Shown: positions 8,260 to 18,052 of the stretch, piece after piece | Numbering within the stretch: the stretch's first letter is position 1 | How the letters are laid out: every line of letters starts with the position of its first letter | Origin: a virus | Virus record (IMG/VR): IMGVR_UViG_3300042397_000787 | Length of the DNA: 64,000 nucleotides | Strand: one strand, 5' to 3' | Position numbers and translations under genes: made by a program | Notes under the pieces: generated by a model | The model's input: only the letters and a program-made list of their open reading frames with translations | Databases searched by the model: none | Told to the model about the DNA's origin: nothing

Positions 8260-9252
8260 TTATTTTCCATGCATAGTCCCTGAACCTTTAACACCGGAAA
8301 GGGGATCCGATTGGCTGTTATATTTCATTCTGTGTTGTGCGAACTTTTTACCTTTATAATAAAAGGAAATTGCTGCGCCAGAACGTTCTGTTTTTAAATT
8401 GATATGTTTAGGATCTGCTAGAATGTGTTCATGGTGTGCAGCAGGATCGATGGCATGTGTGGAGTGATTGCCATATGTGGTATGACGTATATGGTTGTGT
8501 CCTGCTTGCTGAAGTGGGGTGGCATGTGCATGAAGAACATGATTTCGAATATGAGTTACCAAGTCTTCATGAGTACCTGAAGTTAAGTGTTTATGCATAT
8601 GTTCTGCAATGCTGTGCAATACATGGGCATTTTGTCGCTTGATTTCCGCATGTGCTTCCGGATTAGCCTTTGCCCACTCTTTACGACTGGCCGCATTTGT
8701 TAGGTTCTTTAGTTCTGGATGTTGTTTTTTGATATTCTCACGGTGTGCAGCCAAAATCTTTTCGCCGCCATGAGTTGATTCCATACCTGGATTAGATACA
8801 GGAACGTGACCGGTGTTACTGTCCGTCACTTTTAGACTTATACCGTGATGTTTTCCATGTTTGTCTGATACCATGACATCAGAGGCGTCTTGCTTTTGAG
8901 TAGAATGAATACCAGTTGATCTATGAATGTCGCCCGGCTTCGAGGTCCAATGAACATGCTTTATTGGATGACCAATTCGCTTTTTAATATCATCAGCCGC
9001 AGCCTTTGCTCTATCATTAATTTTTTTATAGTTCTCGTGGGACATTGTAGACTTTAACTGGTCATGAGCTTCTTTAGGTGAATGTCCGTTTACATCATGG
9101 TGTTTTTCCATGTGGTTGCCGCCATTTAGATGATAGCCAGTTAATAGTTCATGCATAACACCTTTAGTGTTTGCACTAACAGTATTATGGGTCTCTGTGG
9201 CTTCTGATAGATAAAACCAATGTAAATCATTCCACTGGGCAAACGATATCAT
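8260..9252 (-). CDS. His-rich late protein, PD-(D/E)XK-like nuclease with putative capsid-targeting N-terminus
   Basis: MISFAQW...LSEA; ASDVMV...GISLK; AATAAATA upstream. Confidence 0.55.
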   Translation of the reverse strand: MISFAQWNDLHWFYLSEATETHNTVSANTKGVMHELLTGYHLNGGNHMEKHHDVNGHSPKEAHDQLKSTMSHENYKKINDRAKAAADDIKKRIGHPIKHVHWTSKPGDIHRSTGIHSTQKQDASDVMVSDKHGKHHGISLKVTDSNTGHVPVSNPGMESTHGGEKILAAHRENIKKQHPELKNLTNAASRKEWAKANPEAHAEIKRQNAHVLHSIAEHMHKHLTSGTHEDLVTHIRNHVLHAHATPLQQAGHNHIRHTTYGNHSTHAIDPAAHHEHILADPKHINLKTERSGAAISFYYKGKKFAQHRMKYNSQSDPLSGVKGSGTMHGK

Positions 9253-9379
9253 ATTATTCTCCTTGAATACTTATATTTATTCAAGCGAAATTCTTACGCC
9301 GAACCACCATAAATCTACACGAAAGAACCAGCGCCCGTTGTGCTTACCGAAGCCTATACGGAGCATACGGTTGTCGGCG

Positions 9380-9544
9380 TCAAGAGACAGGCGTGAAAAG
9401 GTCATCTAATGCTATCTTCTTGAGGTTGTTGCTTTTCATATCACGAAGAATACTCGCCGCTGGTCCAGCACCGGGCCCGGGCCACTCTCGTTCAAGCCTC
9501 TGCGCACACTCCTCAATAACGGCATCCCTGGCTTCCTTATCCAT
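9380..9544 (-). CDS. Hypothetical protein (54 aa) ending ALDDLFTPVS
   Basis: Manual translation; TAATG coupling to upstream gene. Confidence 0.5.
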   Translation of the reverse strand: MDKEARDAVIEECAQRLEREWPGPGAGPAASILRDMKSNNLKKIALDDLFTPVS

Positions 9545-9960
9545 TAGATTCCTGAGAATGTTACCAGTTGTTTATACCCACGCCACGAAGGGTGCACACC
9601 ATCTGGCTGCACGAATTTGGTACCGATGATGGTATCACCATAACTCTTAGCAATCTCCGTGACGGTCTTGTTCACACCGGGCTTGCAGAATTTGGCATTG
9701 CAAGGAGGCATAATCCAGACGACCTTCAGAGACTTGATACGGTACCGCACCTTGGACAGTTCTTTATAGGTGTTCACACCCTTGTGGTCATTGGTACCGA
9801 GACTGATCACTACGGTCTTAGCCGCTAGTGGTGTGGTACCCCACCGCTTGTTCCATTGCCAGGTGTTGAAGCCACCCTTGGCATAGGACACGCACTCGGT
9901 AGGTGCGAACATCTTGGTACCTACAGCGATGGAGTCACCTATAATCAAACATTCAAGCAT
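9544..9960 (-). CDS. SGNH/GDSL hydrolase
   Basis: IIGDSIAVG, SLGTND, DGVHP. Confidence 0.8.
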   Translation of the reverse strand: MLECLIIGDSIAVGTKMFAPTECVSYAKGGFNTWQWNKRWGTTPLAAKTVVISLGTNDHKGVNTYKELSKVRYRIKSLKVVWIMPPCNAKFCKPGVNKTVTEIAKSYGDTIIGTKFVQPDGVHPSWRGYKQLVTFSGI

Positions 9961-10135
9961 TTTGTAGCCTTTCTAGTTCCATAATTGTTCTTTGTAATGA
10001 CTGCAATTCAGCACCCATATCCATTACACCATGTGCGTCACGGTTCTGTAGGAATACCTCAGCCATGTCCCAGCACTTCTCCTCACGCCAGCGAAGATTG
10101 GCAATCGCTTCTTGTTCTTTGGTTCTCATTGTCAT
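9953..10135 (-). CDS. Hypothetical protein
   Basis: Overlapping neighbours. Confidence 0.55.
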   Translation of the reverse strand: MTMRTKEQEAIANLRWREEKCWDMAEVFLQNRDAHGVMDMGAELQSLQRTIMELERLQNA

Positions 10136-11103
10136 TGTCCTAATGTTACATATGAATTAGTGGCATCAAGATATGTATAGACAACGGAAAAATCATTTAC
10201 CAGCATGGAGCCGTTACCTGCTTGCACTTCCACACCCAATTCTACACCCTTCACGTACCATTCAGGCCTAATGTCAAGATCATCATCCAATACGTCAAAT
10301 ACCTTAACCCAGTCAATTGTTCCCATGGTGATTTTTGTCTTGTTGTCCTCAGGTGTGATGATTACCATCTTCTGTCCTTCTGGATTGGTAGAGACTAGAA
10401 TATCATACAGCACACCGTTCATGGTAATCTGGTGATTATGCGACCCTGGTTGTGTACCGAAATAGTTCACGGGATCTGACCAGTATAGAATATGGTCACT
10501 AGGATGGATATTGAACGTGATTTCCGCTGCAATCTTACCAGTATCATCGAACAAAAACAGGTCCGACATGAGGTTCATATATTTCAGGTCACCCGATAGC
10601 ATAACATCAAAGGTTTCTGAAAATTTGGTAATATTCTTGACCTGTGATAGGGCATTTTCGGTATTATATCCCGTGAGACCTAGGGTGGTCTTACCAAAGG
10701 CTACCGATGGGTAGCCGTATACCACAGCACCGTTACCATATGGTTGGTCAGGATAGTCCCAAGTAAATAGAGTACCGTCTGGCATCGTTAGCTTGTTATA
10801 GGTAACAGTCTGGGTATAGTCCTTACCATATACCATACCGAACTTGTCTGCACCCCAATTGTTATTCACTGCGATATACATGCCACTCTGGTAATAATCT
10901 ACCCCATTCTGGCGCACCGATAGATTGGTGACCAGTTTCCCGGTGTTGTCAACGACGGCAGGTGTTGCAACCGCAGCGGGTGATATGGGTGCAAATGCTG
11001 GAACTTGTATGATGGCTGGCGCTTGACTATCGCTGCCTCCACCACACGCTGCCAGTCCTAAGACCATAGCACCCAGTGCAATCCCATTCAAAGCGTTACG
11101 CAT
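10132..11103 (-). CDS. Lipoprotein with GH12-like (endoglucanase) domain
   Basis: Lipobox LAAC; NNNWG, YGYPSV, GVELGVE motifs. Confidence 0.6.
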   Translation of the reverse strand: MRNALNGIALGAMVLGLAACGGGSDSQAPAIIQVPAFAPISPAAVATPAVVDNTGKLVTNLSVRQNGVDYYQSGMYIAVNNNWGADKFGMVYGKDYTQTVTYNKLTMPDGTLFTWDYPDQPYGNGAVVYGYPSVAFGKTTLGLTGYNTENALSQVKNITKFSETFDVMLSGDLKYMNLMSDLFLFDDTGKIAAEITFNIHPSDHILYWSDPVNYFGTQPGSHNHQITMNGVLYDILVSTNPEGQKMVIITPEDNKTKITMGTIDWVKVFDVLDDDLDIRPEWYVKGVELGVEVQAGNGSMLVNDFSVVYTYLDATNSYVTLGQ

Positions 11104-11105
11104 GG

Positions 11106-11546
11106 TCAGGCCTCGTCCCAATCCTCATACATCTCGGTAATACCCCATTGCTCGTTCAAATCATCTGGGATATTGGACAGGTCATCGGGGTCGATATCAA
11201 ACGACACCTCTTCGCCGTTGACATATTGACCAACGAAGGATGACTCGAAGTATTGGCCGTTGACGGTGAATCCCTGTTCCATGAGTTCATCATAGAAGGC
11301 ACAAGGTGGTGACCATGCGGTCTCAAATCCTACACAAACTGCCTCTGGCATCAAACGGTCGATGACCTCACCATTGGAGATATCCCACTTGGTACCCCAA
11401 GATTCGACGGCATCATCCCAGCTCCATTCAGCCAGAGGCACAAACGTCTGAAACAGATTGCCATCACGGACAGCCTGCTCAAACTTGTCAATCATTGCGG
11501 GATCCGCATGTTCTACGGTAACAGTATTTGAACACCAATTAGGCAT
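11106..11546 (-). CDS. YubB/DUF1281-like ferredoxin-fold protein
   Basis: MPNWCSN, WGTKWD, FETAWSPP. Confidence 0.75.
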   Translation of the reverse strand: MPNWCSNTVTVEHADPAMIDKFEQAVRDGNLFQTFVPLAEWSWDDAVESWGTKWDISNGEVIDRLMPEAVCVGFETAWSPPCAFYDELMEQGFTVNGQYFESSFVGQYVNGEEVSFDIDPDDLSNIPDDLNEQWGITEMYEDWDEA

Positions 11547-11815
11547 TATATATCTCCATCTAAATCAATTTTTACACGTTCAACAGGTTCCCATATTGTG
11601 TTATCAGCAATCTGTCCATACTCATCATAGGTCCACATACGATATTGGAGTTCCACCTTGACAATGCGCTCAATCCCGCTGTTATCTGTTTTGGTATACT
11701 CTACCACACGTATCTCCATCTTCTCAGGAAGAGGAATATTCATTGACGGTAGAGATACCGGAGGAGAGGGCGCAATCGTCCTTACCCGTGGTGTTCTTAG
11801 CATGTTACCATTCAT
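11546..11815 (-). CDS. Hypothetical protein
   Basis: Coupled ORF. Confidence 0.55.
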   Translation of the reverse strand: MNGNMLRTPRVRTIAPSPPVSLPSMNIPLPEKMEIRVVEYTKTDNSGIERIVKVELQYRMWTYDEYGQIADNTIWEPVERVKIDLDGDI

Positions 11816-12012
11816 GCTGCTTTGTTCCAGTTGGCCATGCGGGCGCGCTCACCAATCTCTTTCCGCACTTCTGGGAAACGTGCCATCATGGACAGAAGGG
11901 TGGATTCATAGTATCCTGCTTTATAGGACATAAAAGACTCGGCGGACACATTGGCACCCTCGATAAGAGCCGAGAGTAATTCGGCATCGGTCATTTCAGT
12001 AACATCATTCAT
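11812..12012 (-). CDS. Hypothetical protein
   Basis: Start MNDVTEM after GAGGAG. Confidence 0.6.
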   Translation of the reverse strand: MNDVTEMTDAELLSALIEGANVSAESFMSYKAGYYESTLLSMMARFPEVRKEIGERARMANWNKAA

Positions 12013-12023
12013 AATAAAACTCC

Positions 12024-12194
12024 TCAATCAAAAAAATTACCAAGAGCCCAACGGTAGTTGAGTATCGAACCATTTGCCATCCAGGCACCCTGTGGCAGGC
12101 TACCGAACGTCTTGTTGGCTTTTTCCATTGCTTCACCCATACGGGCGGCTTCAACGACAATCTTCTTACCGTTTGCTTCAAATTGATATTTCAT
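12024..12194 (-). CDS. Hypothetical early protein (56 aa, not in ORF track)
   Basis: MKYQFEANGKKIVVEAA...; directly follows cassette leader. Confidence 0.7.
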   Translation of the reverse strand: MKYQFEANGKKIVVEAARMGEAMEKANKTFGSLPQGAWMANGSILNYRWALGNFFD

Positions 12195-12256
12195 AACGAA
12201 TCACTTTCTTTTCACTGACTACTATCTAACAATAGCAGGATTTACCAGAATGTCAA
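12195..12256 (-). promoter_or_regulatory. Early promoter/leader cassette copy 6
   Basis: TTGACA..GC-TATTGT; AGTCAGTGAAAAGAAAGTGATTCGTT-ATG. Confidence 0.85.
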
Positions 12257-12264
12257 CCCCTAAA

Positions 12265-12501
12265 TTAATAGAGGTTGCGAATATCTTCTATGTTGAAGAG
12301 GGCCTGACGAACGGCAATCTTAGCAATCGAAAACTGGTGCGTAGGAGCATCACTCGCTTTTGGGTAATATTCCATCAGAACGTTGTTTACGCAAGCGTTG
12401 ATGTCACTGGAACCAATCTCTTCGGCGTCATCAAACATCCACAGGACATGCTCGGCTACAACACGGTCAAACTTCTCAACGTTTTCTAAAATATCAATCA
12501 T
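12265..12501 (-). CDS. Hypothetical early protein
   Basis: Follows cassette leader. Confidence 0.7.
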   Translation of the reverse strand: MIDILENVEKFDRVVAEHVLWMFDDAEEIGSSDINACVNNVLMEYYPKASDAPTHQFSIAKIAVRQALFNIEDIRNLY

Positions 12502-12563
12502 AACGAATCACTTTCTCTCTTCTGACTACTATCTAACTATAGCAGATTCTGCGGTAATGTCAA
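12502..12563 (-). promoter_or_regulatory. Early promoter/leader cassette copy 7
   Basis: TTGACA-TTACCGCAGAATCTGC-TATAGT; AGTCAGAAGAGAGAAAGTGATTCGTT-ATG. Confidence 0.85.
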
Positions 12564-12570
12564 GCAATCA

Positions 12571-12777
12571 TTACACCACAGCAGGAAAGGCTTTCGCAGC
12601 AAGGGCAGCATCAGCCACTGGCATCGCCAGCACGGCTTCGTTGGCATAGAGCCGCATCAAACCATCGGGCTTCAAGAGCCATACTGCTTTCTGAGGCTCT
12701 GGGTTGTTGTACCAGACCCGAACAGGGACATCATCAAGAACGACAACTAGGTTAAGGGCAGGCTGGGCAACTATCAT
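12571..12777 (-). CDS. Hypothetical early protein
   Basis: Follows cassette leader. Confidence 0.65.
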   Translation of the reverse strand: MIVAQPALNLVVVLDDVPVRVWYNNPEPQKAVWLLKPDGLMRLYANEAVLAMPVADAALAAKAFPAVV

Positions 12778-12839
12778 TTCGAATCACTTTCTCTCACTGA
12801 CTACATTATTAAATATAGCAGATTCGCAAGGAAAGTCAA
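12778..12839 (-). promoter_or_regulatory. Early promoter/leader cassette copy 8
   Basis: TTGACT-TTCCTTGCGAATCTGC-TATATT; AGTCAGTGAGAGAAAGTGATTCGAA-ATG. Confidence 0.85.
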
Positions 12840-12847
12840 GCGGTATT

Positions 12848-13591
12848 TTACCTCTGAGGTATTTCCGCTAAGATTTCTTCATACATACCATTTACATCGG
12901 CCTCAGGTAGAAGCTCCAGTGACGCTTCGATTTGGCGAATGACAAATGCGTCCACTTCCTTCTGGGTCATGCCATCATAGATATCACCTGCAATGGCAGT
13001 AATCTTCATTTCTTGTGTAATCTCTGACATAAAAATATTCCTGTATTGTTCTACCACATCACTCCATGTGATAGGGTTATTCGAATCATATGATGAGTCC
13101 ACTGGGCGTAAAGACATTACCCACCGCTCGGTGTCACCCACCTTTATACCGTGATATGTGGTGGTGTCCATGAGTAGCGGCCTATCGCTTGGGCATACTA
13201 CGCAATCAACCTCTACCACCTCGCGGTCTGGGTATTGGGTGACCGCTGGTGTGCCATCCGCGTTCTCATACCACATAAGCCGCGAGGACTCGCAGCCTTG
13301 TAACGTATAGTTGATTGCATAGATATACCCACGGTCTGGTGGGAAGTAGTCCTTATGCACAGGAGGCATCAATTCCTGGCTACGTGGCTCTCGCACAAAC
13401 ACAAACGAGGTGCTTGTCATAGGCACAGGAAACTTGGCTAGCCACTCCTCATTGAATACATCCGCATTATTGATAATGAATAGTCTGTAGCCATTGGTGT
13501 CCACAAATGGTTGTAGGGACTGGCAATGCGCAATAGGATCTACCTTGTATGCACCGTCCAGTGGTATATCAAGAACGTGGCTATGCTTCAT
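12848..13591 (-). CDS. Cupin/2OG-Fe(II)-like oxygenase-fold protein
   Basis: PVHKD...AINY...YHGI...RWVMSLR. Confidence 0.5.
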   Translation of the reverse strand: MKHSHVLDIPLDGAYKVDPIAHCQSLQPFVDTNGYRLFIINNADVFNEEWLAKFPVPMTSTSFVFVREPRSQELMPPVHKDYFPPDRGYIYAINYTLQGCESSRLMWYENADGTPAVTQYPDREVVEVDCVVCPSDRPLLMDTTTYHGIKVGDTERWVMSLRPVDSSYDSNNPITWSDVVEQYRNIFMSEITQEMKITAIAGDIYDGMTQKEVDAFVIRQIEASLELLPEADVNGMYEEILAEIPQR

Positions 13592-13956
13592 CGCTTGTTC
13601 TTTCTCTGTTGTTCAATAAAATCTTTGTTGCCTACCCAGGTGTAGGCCTTATATCGAATCTTATTTTCTGCCATCATGTCTTGCTTCGTGAACACAATAT
13701 GTCCATCGGTAATCATCTTTTCAGCCAGCTTGACTGCCATTTCCTTCTTGAACCTGCCTTCCATTTCGTCCGGCGTACCACGTTGCATGAGCCAGTCTTT
13801 ATCATGTTCAAGGGTGTAATCAACCAAGCTACCTGGCATGCTGTAATCATACTTGATCGGAGCAGCACTGATGGTACCGTTAGAGAAGCTATCGACTGGT
13901 ATTGAAATGCTATCCCAGTCCAATGGTTTAAACGCGCCTGTGTTACCGATTGCCAT
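13588..13956 (-). CDS. Hypothetical protein
   Basis: Coupled to ligase. Confidence 0.6.
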   Translation of the reverse strand: MAIGNTGAFKPLDWDSISIPVDSFSNGTISAAPIKYDYSMPGSLVDYTLEHDKDWLMQRGTPDEMEGRFKKEMAVKLAEKMITDGHIVFTKQDMMAENKIRYKAYTWVGNKDFIEQQRKNKR

Positions 13957-15257
13957 TACTTATCATCTCTCCAACGAACGAACCGTGGGAACCTCAGTGA
14001 ATAGGTGCCGTCTTGGTTCTGGGTTATTACATCGCACAAGATTTCGGCTGTCTTACCAACCACATCGCTCTTCTGATTCCAGAATAGGTCACGCTCGGTG
14101 TCACTAAAGCCACTGCCGACGTTGACTGTGATATCTTTACCGTGGTCATTACCGCTGCACACCAGAGCGCCTAGGCGACCCTTGTTGCGACCAGTGCCCT
14201 CTTCTAGTGCAATAACAGGAAGGTCAACGGTGATAACGGGCTTCCACTTCATCCAGAAGGTGTTGCGCTTACACTCATACGGTGCTTCCATGTCCTTAAT
14301 CATGATGCCTTCAAACCCAGCCGTTACCATCTCTGTTGCATACTCATGGAGCTTGGTGCGGCCTTCTTCGGTATTTAGGTCTACCACAATCTGGCTATCT
14401 ACCCGCGTAACGTTGGGCATAGCATCAAATACGCGCTGCATGTCAGTCAGGATTGCAAGCCGCTTGCGCAACTGGGCATTCCAGAAGCCACGCTTGAAGT
14501 CCTCAAGAGGTAGAATATCAAACACATTGAACACCGTGTCCTGTGTCTGGACGTTCTCCTTGCGCTGGGCCTGACGCATCAGGTCTTGAAAGGACTTGCC
14601 CATAATCTCGCCGTCAAGCACAAAGCCACCCTTTGTTTTAAGGTAAGCACGGATAGCATAGACATTGCTCAGGACCTGTTGTTCCACGTGTGGGAAGTTA
14701 TCGAACACCTTGCCATTGCGGCTGTAGCATGTGGCGGTATTATCTTCTGAAACAACCAACAACACACGGGCGCCATCCAGCTTAGGCTCAAGCCACTTGG
14801 TACCTACCATCTCTGGTCGACCTTCGCTGTTAGCAGCCAACTGGCAACCAAAGGTGGGAATCACATACTCGGTACCCTTGCATACCTTATTGATAGTTCT
14901 TTCACTAAAGCCTGCCCGCATGTCACGGCGCAAGATAGGAGCAAGGAACAGGTTCCACTCATCACTATCAAACTTTAGGGACATACCAAGAATGGCATCA
15001 CGGGCTGCGTGGCCAGTCAACTGTCGAGCGGACAGGCTGGTGAGTAGTTCATCAAACTCCTCATACGGATTAGGTGCGCCAGTGATACCCTCGGTAGCTG
15101 GAATCTGCTTGACACCAAAGGTAATGTATGGGTTGTAGCAGTTACGAATACCATTCAGGAACACATGGTCACCTGCGTCCAGCGCCCGCTTAAGGACATC
15201 TTCCTTATGCAGGCGACTATCGGACTCGGTAAGCTGTTTAATCCACTTATGCTTCAT
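13956..15257 (-). CDS. lig: ATP-dependent DNA ligase
   Basis: EPKLDGAR, LDGEI, EGIMIK, WMKWK, VGSGF, LRFPRFVRWRDDK. Confidence 0.95.
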   Translation of the reverse strand: MKHKWIKQLTESDSRLHKEDVLKRALDAGDHVFLNGIRNCYNPYITFGVKQIPATEGITGAPNPYEEFDELLTSLSARQLTGHAARDAILGMSLKFDSDEWNLFLAPILRRDMRAGFSERTINKVCKGTEYVIPTFGCQLAANSEGRPEMVGTKWLEPKLDGARVLLVVSEDNTATCYSRNGKVFDNFPHVEQQVLSNVYAIRAYLKTKGGFVLDGEIMGKSFQDLMRQAQRKENVQTQDTVFNVFDILPLEDFKRGFWNAQLRKRLAILTDMQRVFDAMPNVTRVDSQIVVDLNTEEGRTKLHEYATEMVTAGFEGIMIKDMEAPYECKRNTFWMKWKPVITVDLPVIALEEGTGRNKGRLGALVCSGNDHGKDITVNVGSGFSDTERDLFWNQKSDVVGKTAEILCDVITQNQDGTYSLRFPRFVRWRDDK

Positions 15258-15504
15258 TAGGAAATACCAATCCAAATTGTTCAATCATCACATCACGGAC
15301 ACCCTCACGGTCAACCGAATCCAGTGCAAGGTTCTCATAGCCAACGCGGTTGGCGTAAATGTCGAAGGCGTCAAGGATTTGACGCGAGGTCGCACCCATA
15401 TCATACACACCACCTTCGGCGTAAAAGTCACCGACATAGACTAGGAAGTTACAAATCTCACGCACAACGCCTTGAATATTCATACCAACAGGTTCGACTC
15501 GCAT
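15247..15504 (-). CDS. Hypothetical early protein
   Basis: Start MRVEPVG after AAGGAG. Confidence 0.65.
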   Translation of the reverse strand: MRVEPVGMNIQGVVREICNFLVYVGDFYAEGGVYDMGATSRQILDAFDIYANRVGYENLALDSVDREGVRDVMIEQFGLVFPNEA

Positions 15505-15561
15505 AACAATCTCCTTTTTCACTCTATATTCTCATAATAGCAGATTCGCTAGGAATGTCAA
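15505..15561 (-). promoter_or_regulatory. Early promoter cassette copy 9
   Basis: TTGACA-TTCCTAGCGAATCTGC-TATTAT. Confidence 0.8.
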
Positions 15562-15570
15562 GCATTATTT

Positions 15571-15849
15571 TTAGTCGGTAGGATAAGGCAGGCGATGAGG
15601 CTGATTGACAAAATCGCGGGCAAAATCAAGGGCGCTTTCTGGCATATAGAATGACCGAGTATCTACCCACTCATCTTTCTCCCAATAGCGGACCAGATAT
15701 GCGGTGCGCCAAGGAGCAGTGGTCGTTTTATTCTCCACTTCCTCTGACCACACGATTGCTGTGCGGTCTACTACGGACCACTCATCAATGAAATCACCCC
15801 AATCACCGAGGCTCTGAATATATTCCAATGTTTCTTTAATGGTATACAT
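15571..15849 (-). CDS. Hypothetical early protein
   Basis: Follows promoter copy 10. Confidence 0.65.
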   Translation of the reverse strand: MYTIKETLEYIQSLGDWGDFIDEWSVVDRTAIVWSEEVENKTTTAPWRTAYLVRYWEKDEWVDTRSFYMPESALDFARDFVNQPHRLPYPTD

Positions 15850-15900
15850 AACTTCTCACTTTCTATAATCACTTATAGACGATTCGCAGGCAAATGTCAA
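15850..15900 (-). promoter_or_regulatory. Early promoter cassette copy 10
   Basis: TTGACA-TTTGCCTGCGAATCGTC-TATAAG. Confidence 0.8.
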
Positions 15901-16937
15901 GAAAATAAATGGTCCAATGTGACAGGTACAGCCTTCTCTGGCTTTTTTGAAAATACCATAATGCTCTCATCGGTATTGATATCTACCTTCGCACTGGGTC
16001 TGGTTATATTCTTTAGCGTAATGGACTCCACATAATAGAAGCCGAGACTTTCTGCAATGGCTCTAGTATCAGCGCATAACTTATAATTCAGGAAGTCCTT
16101 GATGTTGATTAGCATCTTGCCATCATCAATCAGATATTTTTTGATGTTTTCCAGAGTGGGTCTTAGATATGTATCTAGCCATTCCTGATATGTAGTACCA
16201 GGCTTAAATGACTGGTCACCAATTTTATAATCTTCTAGACTGAAATACGGCGGACTGCTAAATGCTACACCGATGGTGTTCTCCCACTCTGGAACAAATG
16301 TTTGAGAACCATGACACCGAATGTCATACTTTGCAGAGGTGCCATTCACTGTATTGTAGTCAGTGGCCATTTGGTTGAGGCGTTCTACTAGCAGATTGTT
16401 GGGGTCAGTGCCGTAATATTCCACTCGGTTTCTTAGGGACGAAAGCATCCTAACGCCCCAACCACACGAGAAGTCATAGTATTTACCATTGATATTATAC
16501 CTGAATAGGATATCGTCAACCGACTTAATTGGATAATTAGACGGCTTCATTGCAACACCACCGCCACTAAGCCGTAATGCGGCCTCAAAGTTCTCTATAT
16601 CAGAGTTGGTCTTTGGATATACCTTGTCACTAGAAAGCACCCTACTCCAGAAGTATCGAATCAAATCCATAGATTCGAATACTTCTTCTATTGACCAACG
16701 TGGAGACTCCAGCTTCACCTTGGCCATAAGGTCTTTTACATAGTAACTAGTAATGGTGCTTATGATAGTGCTACCATCATATACTGCTTTTAGGTTTTTG
16801 TTAACCAGTTCAAAATCAGGCTTTTCGTAATATGCGGCCTTCAATTCTAAGCACTTATCTTCTGGCAAATCATACCAGTGGTCGGTATTAAGTGTCTTGC
16901 CTAAATGGGTAATTTGGTATTTTTTACTTTTTCCCAT
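15897..16937 (-). CDS. Amino (N4C/N6A) DNA methyltransferase with C-terminal clamp-like motif
   Basis: YDFSCGWG (motif I), SSPPYF (motif IV); ends TLDHLFS. Confidence 0.8.
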   Translation of the reverse strand: MGKSKKYQITHLGKTLNTDHWYDLPEDKCLELKAAYYEKPDFELVNKNLKAVYDGSTIISTITSYYVKDLMAKVKLESPRWSIEEVFESMDLIRYFWSRVLSSDKVYPKTNSDIENFEAALRLSGGGVAMKPSNYPIKSVDDILFRYNINGKYYDFSCGWGVRMLSSLRNRVEYYGTDPNNLLVERLNQMATDYNTVNGTSAKYDIRCHGSQTFVPEWENTIGVAFSSPPYFSLEDYKIGDQSFKPGTTYQEWLDTYLRPTLENIKKYLIDDGKMLINIKDFLNYKLCADTRAIAESLGFYYVESITLKNITRPSAKVDINTDESIMVFSKKPEKAVPVTLDHLFS

Positions 16938-16952
16938 ACTAATGTCAATCCT

Positions 16953-17309
16953 TTAGGCAGCCTTCTGGTACGGTTTGTTCCACTGTCCAGCATTCACGTT
17001 AACGTACCAACCGACACAAAAGTAGTCGATTTGGGCGTTGCTGGTGTCGTGATTGCCATCATTCATGGCAGTCTTGATTTCTTCGAGGAAAGCCAGTTCC
17101 TTACCTTGATAGCTATCAGCCAACCAATACAGATTGACCTGGCTGTAGCCACGGTCATTGTTGGCAAGGTCTAGAGGACCTGACTTGAGGTTGAGAACAA
17201 GGGTGCTGTAGTTGCGAACCGCAAGACTACCCTTCATATTATATTTCTTGAGGACTGCTTTTACCTTAGGGGCAAGACGAGCCTTCTCACTTTGGTTCAT
17301 ATAAGCCAT
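16953..17309 (-). CDS. Conserved phage early protein
   Basis: Follows cassette leader; IDYFCVGWYVNVN motif. Confidence 0.7.
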   Translation of the reverse strand: MAYMNQSEKARLAPKVKAVLKKYNMKGSLAVRNYSTLVLNLKSGPLDLANNDRGYSQVNLYWLADSYQGKELAFLEEIKTAMNDGNHDTSNAQIDYFCVGWYVNVNAGQWNKPYQKAA

Positions 17310-17371
17310 AACGAATCATTCCTTTCTCACTGACTACTTATTAAATATAGCAGATTCGTGAGGAAAGTCAA
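17310..17371 (-). promoter_or_regulatory. Early promoter/leader cassette copy 11
   Basis: TTGACT-TTCCTCACGAATCTGC-TATATT; AGTCAGTGAGAAAGGAATGATTCGTT-ATG. Confidence 0.85.
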
Positions 17372-17374
17372 GCA

Positions 17375-18052
17375 TTATTTTTTGTAGGCAGCATCTTCCT
17401 TCTTGCCGATAGGATTACGGACTTCGGCAGATGCTATCTTACGGATGTGCTTGTGAACCTGAGTGAGGCCATGCTCGTCGGTGTGGTCATTGTCCACAAT
17501 GTGCATATGTTCTGCGCCGAAATGCTTCTGGAAGTGGCCGATGTTGCCCTGCACTTGCTTGTGCATTCTCTCGACTTCATGGTGCGGCAGACTACGTTCG
17601 CGCTGGTCGTTGCGCTTCTTGGCTGTCTCTAGTGAGGTGTTTACGAATACCATGTGAGTATCGTAGCCTGCTTTACGTAGGCGTTCGGAGTGCTTTCTAA
17701 TCTTCTCCGGGTCTTTACCTGTGCCATCAATCACTAGACCAAGGCGACCTTTAACGTAATGGTGTTCACGCTTATGGGTTAGTTCCTTAGCATGGTCACG
17801 AATCTCTTGACCCTTCTTGGAGTAGACATTTTCAGGAGTGGCTTTCAGGCCATGCTTCTTCATACCCTTCTCGAATAGGTCATCCGAGTTGACTTGCTTG
17901 AAGCCAAGACCATGTGTGGTCTTCTTAGATACATAAGACTTACCTGAGCCGGGACCACCTGCTAGGAAGATAGCCTTACGTCTAGCTGGGTCATGGATAC
18001 CCTCATCTAGGACTTCTTCTACGAGGTTGATAAAATCGGCAAATGATAGCAT
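17375..18052 (-). CDS. Zeta-toxin/AAA_33-like P-loop kinase, late, putative capsid-internal
   Basis: GGPGSGKS, LVIDGTG, RNDQRER; N-term MLSFADF..LDE; TATAAATA upstream. Confidence 0.75.
   Translation of the reverse strand: MLSFADFINLVEEVLDEGIHDPARRKAIFLAGGPGSGKSYVSKKTTHGLGFKQVNSDDLFEKGMKKHGLKATPENVYSKKGQEIRDHAKELTHKREHHYVKGRLGLVIDGTGKDPEKIRKHSERLRKAGYDTHMVFVNTSLETAKKRNDQRERSLPHHEVERMHKQVQGNIGHFQKHFGAEHMHIVDNDHTDEHGLTQVHKHIRKIASAEVRNPIGKKEDAAYKK

Noticed and set aside
15897-16937. Phage CcrM ortholog
   Set aside because: Motif order (I before IV, SPPY) differs from beta-class DPPY CcrM; specificity unknown
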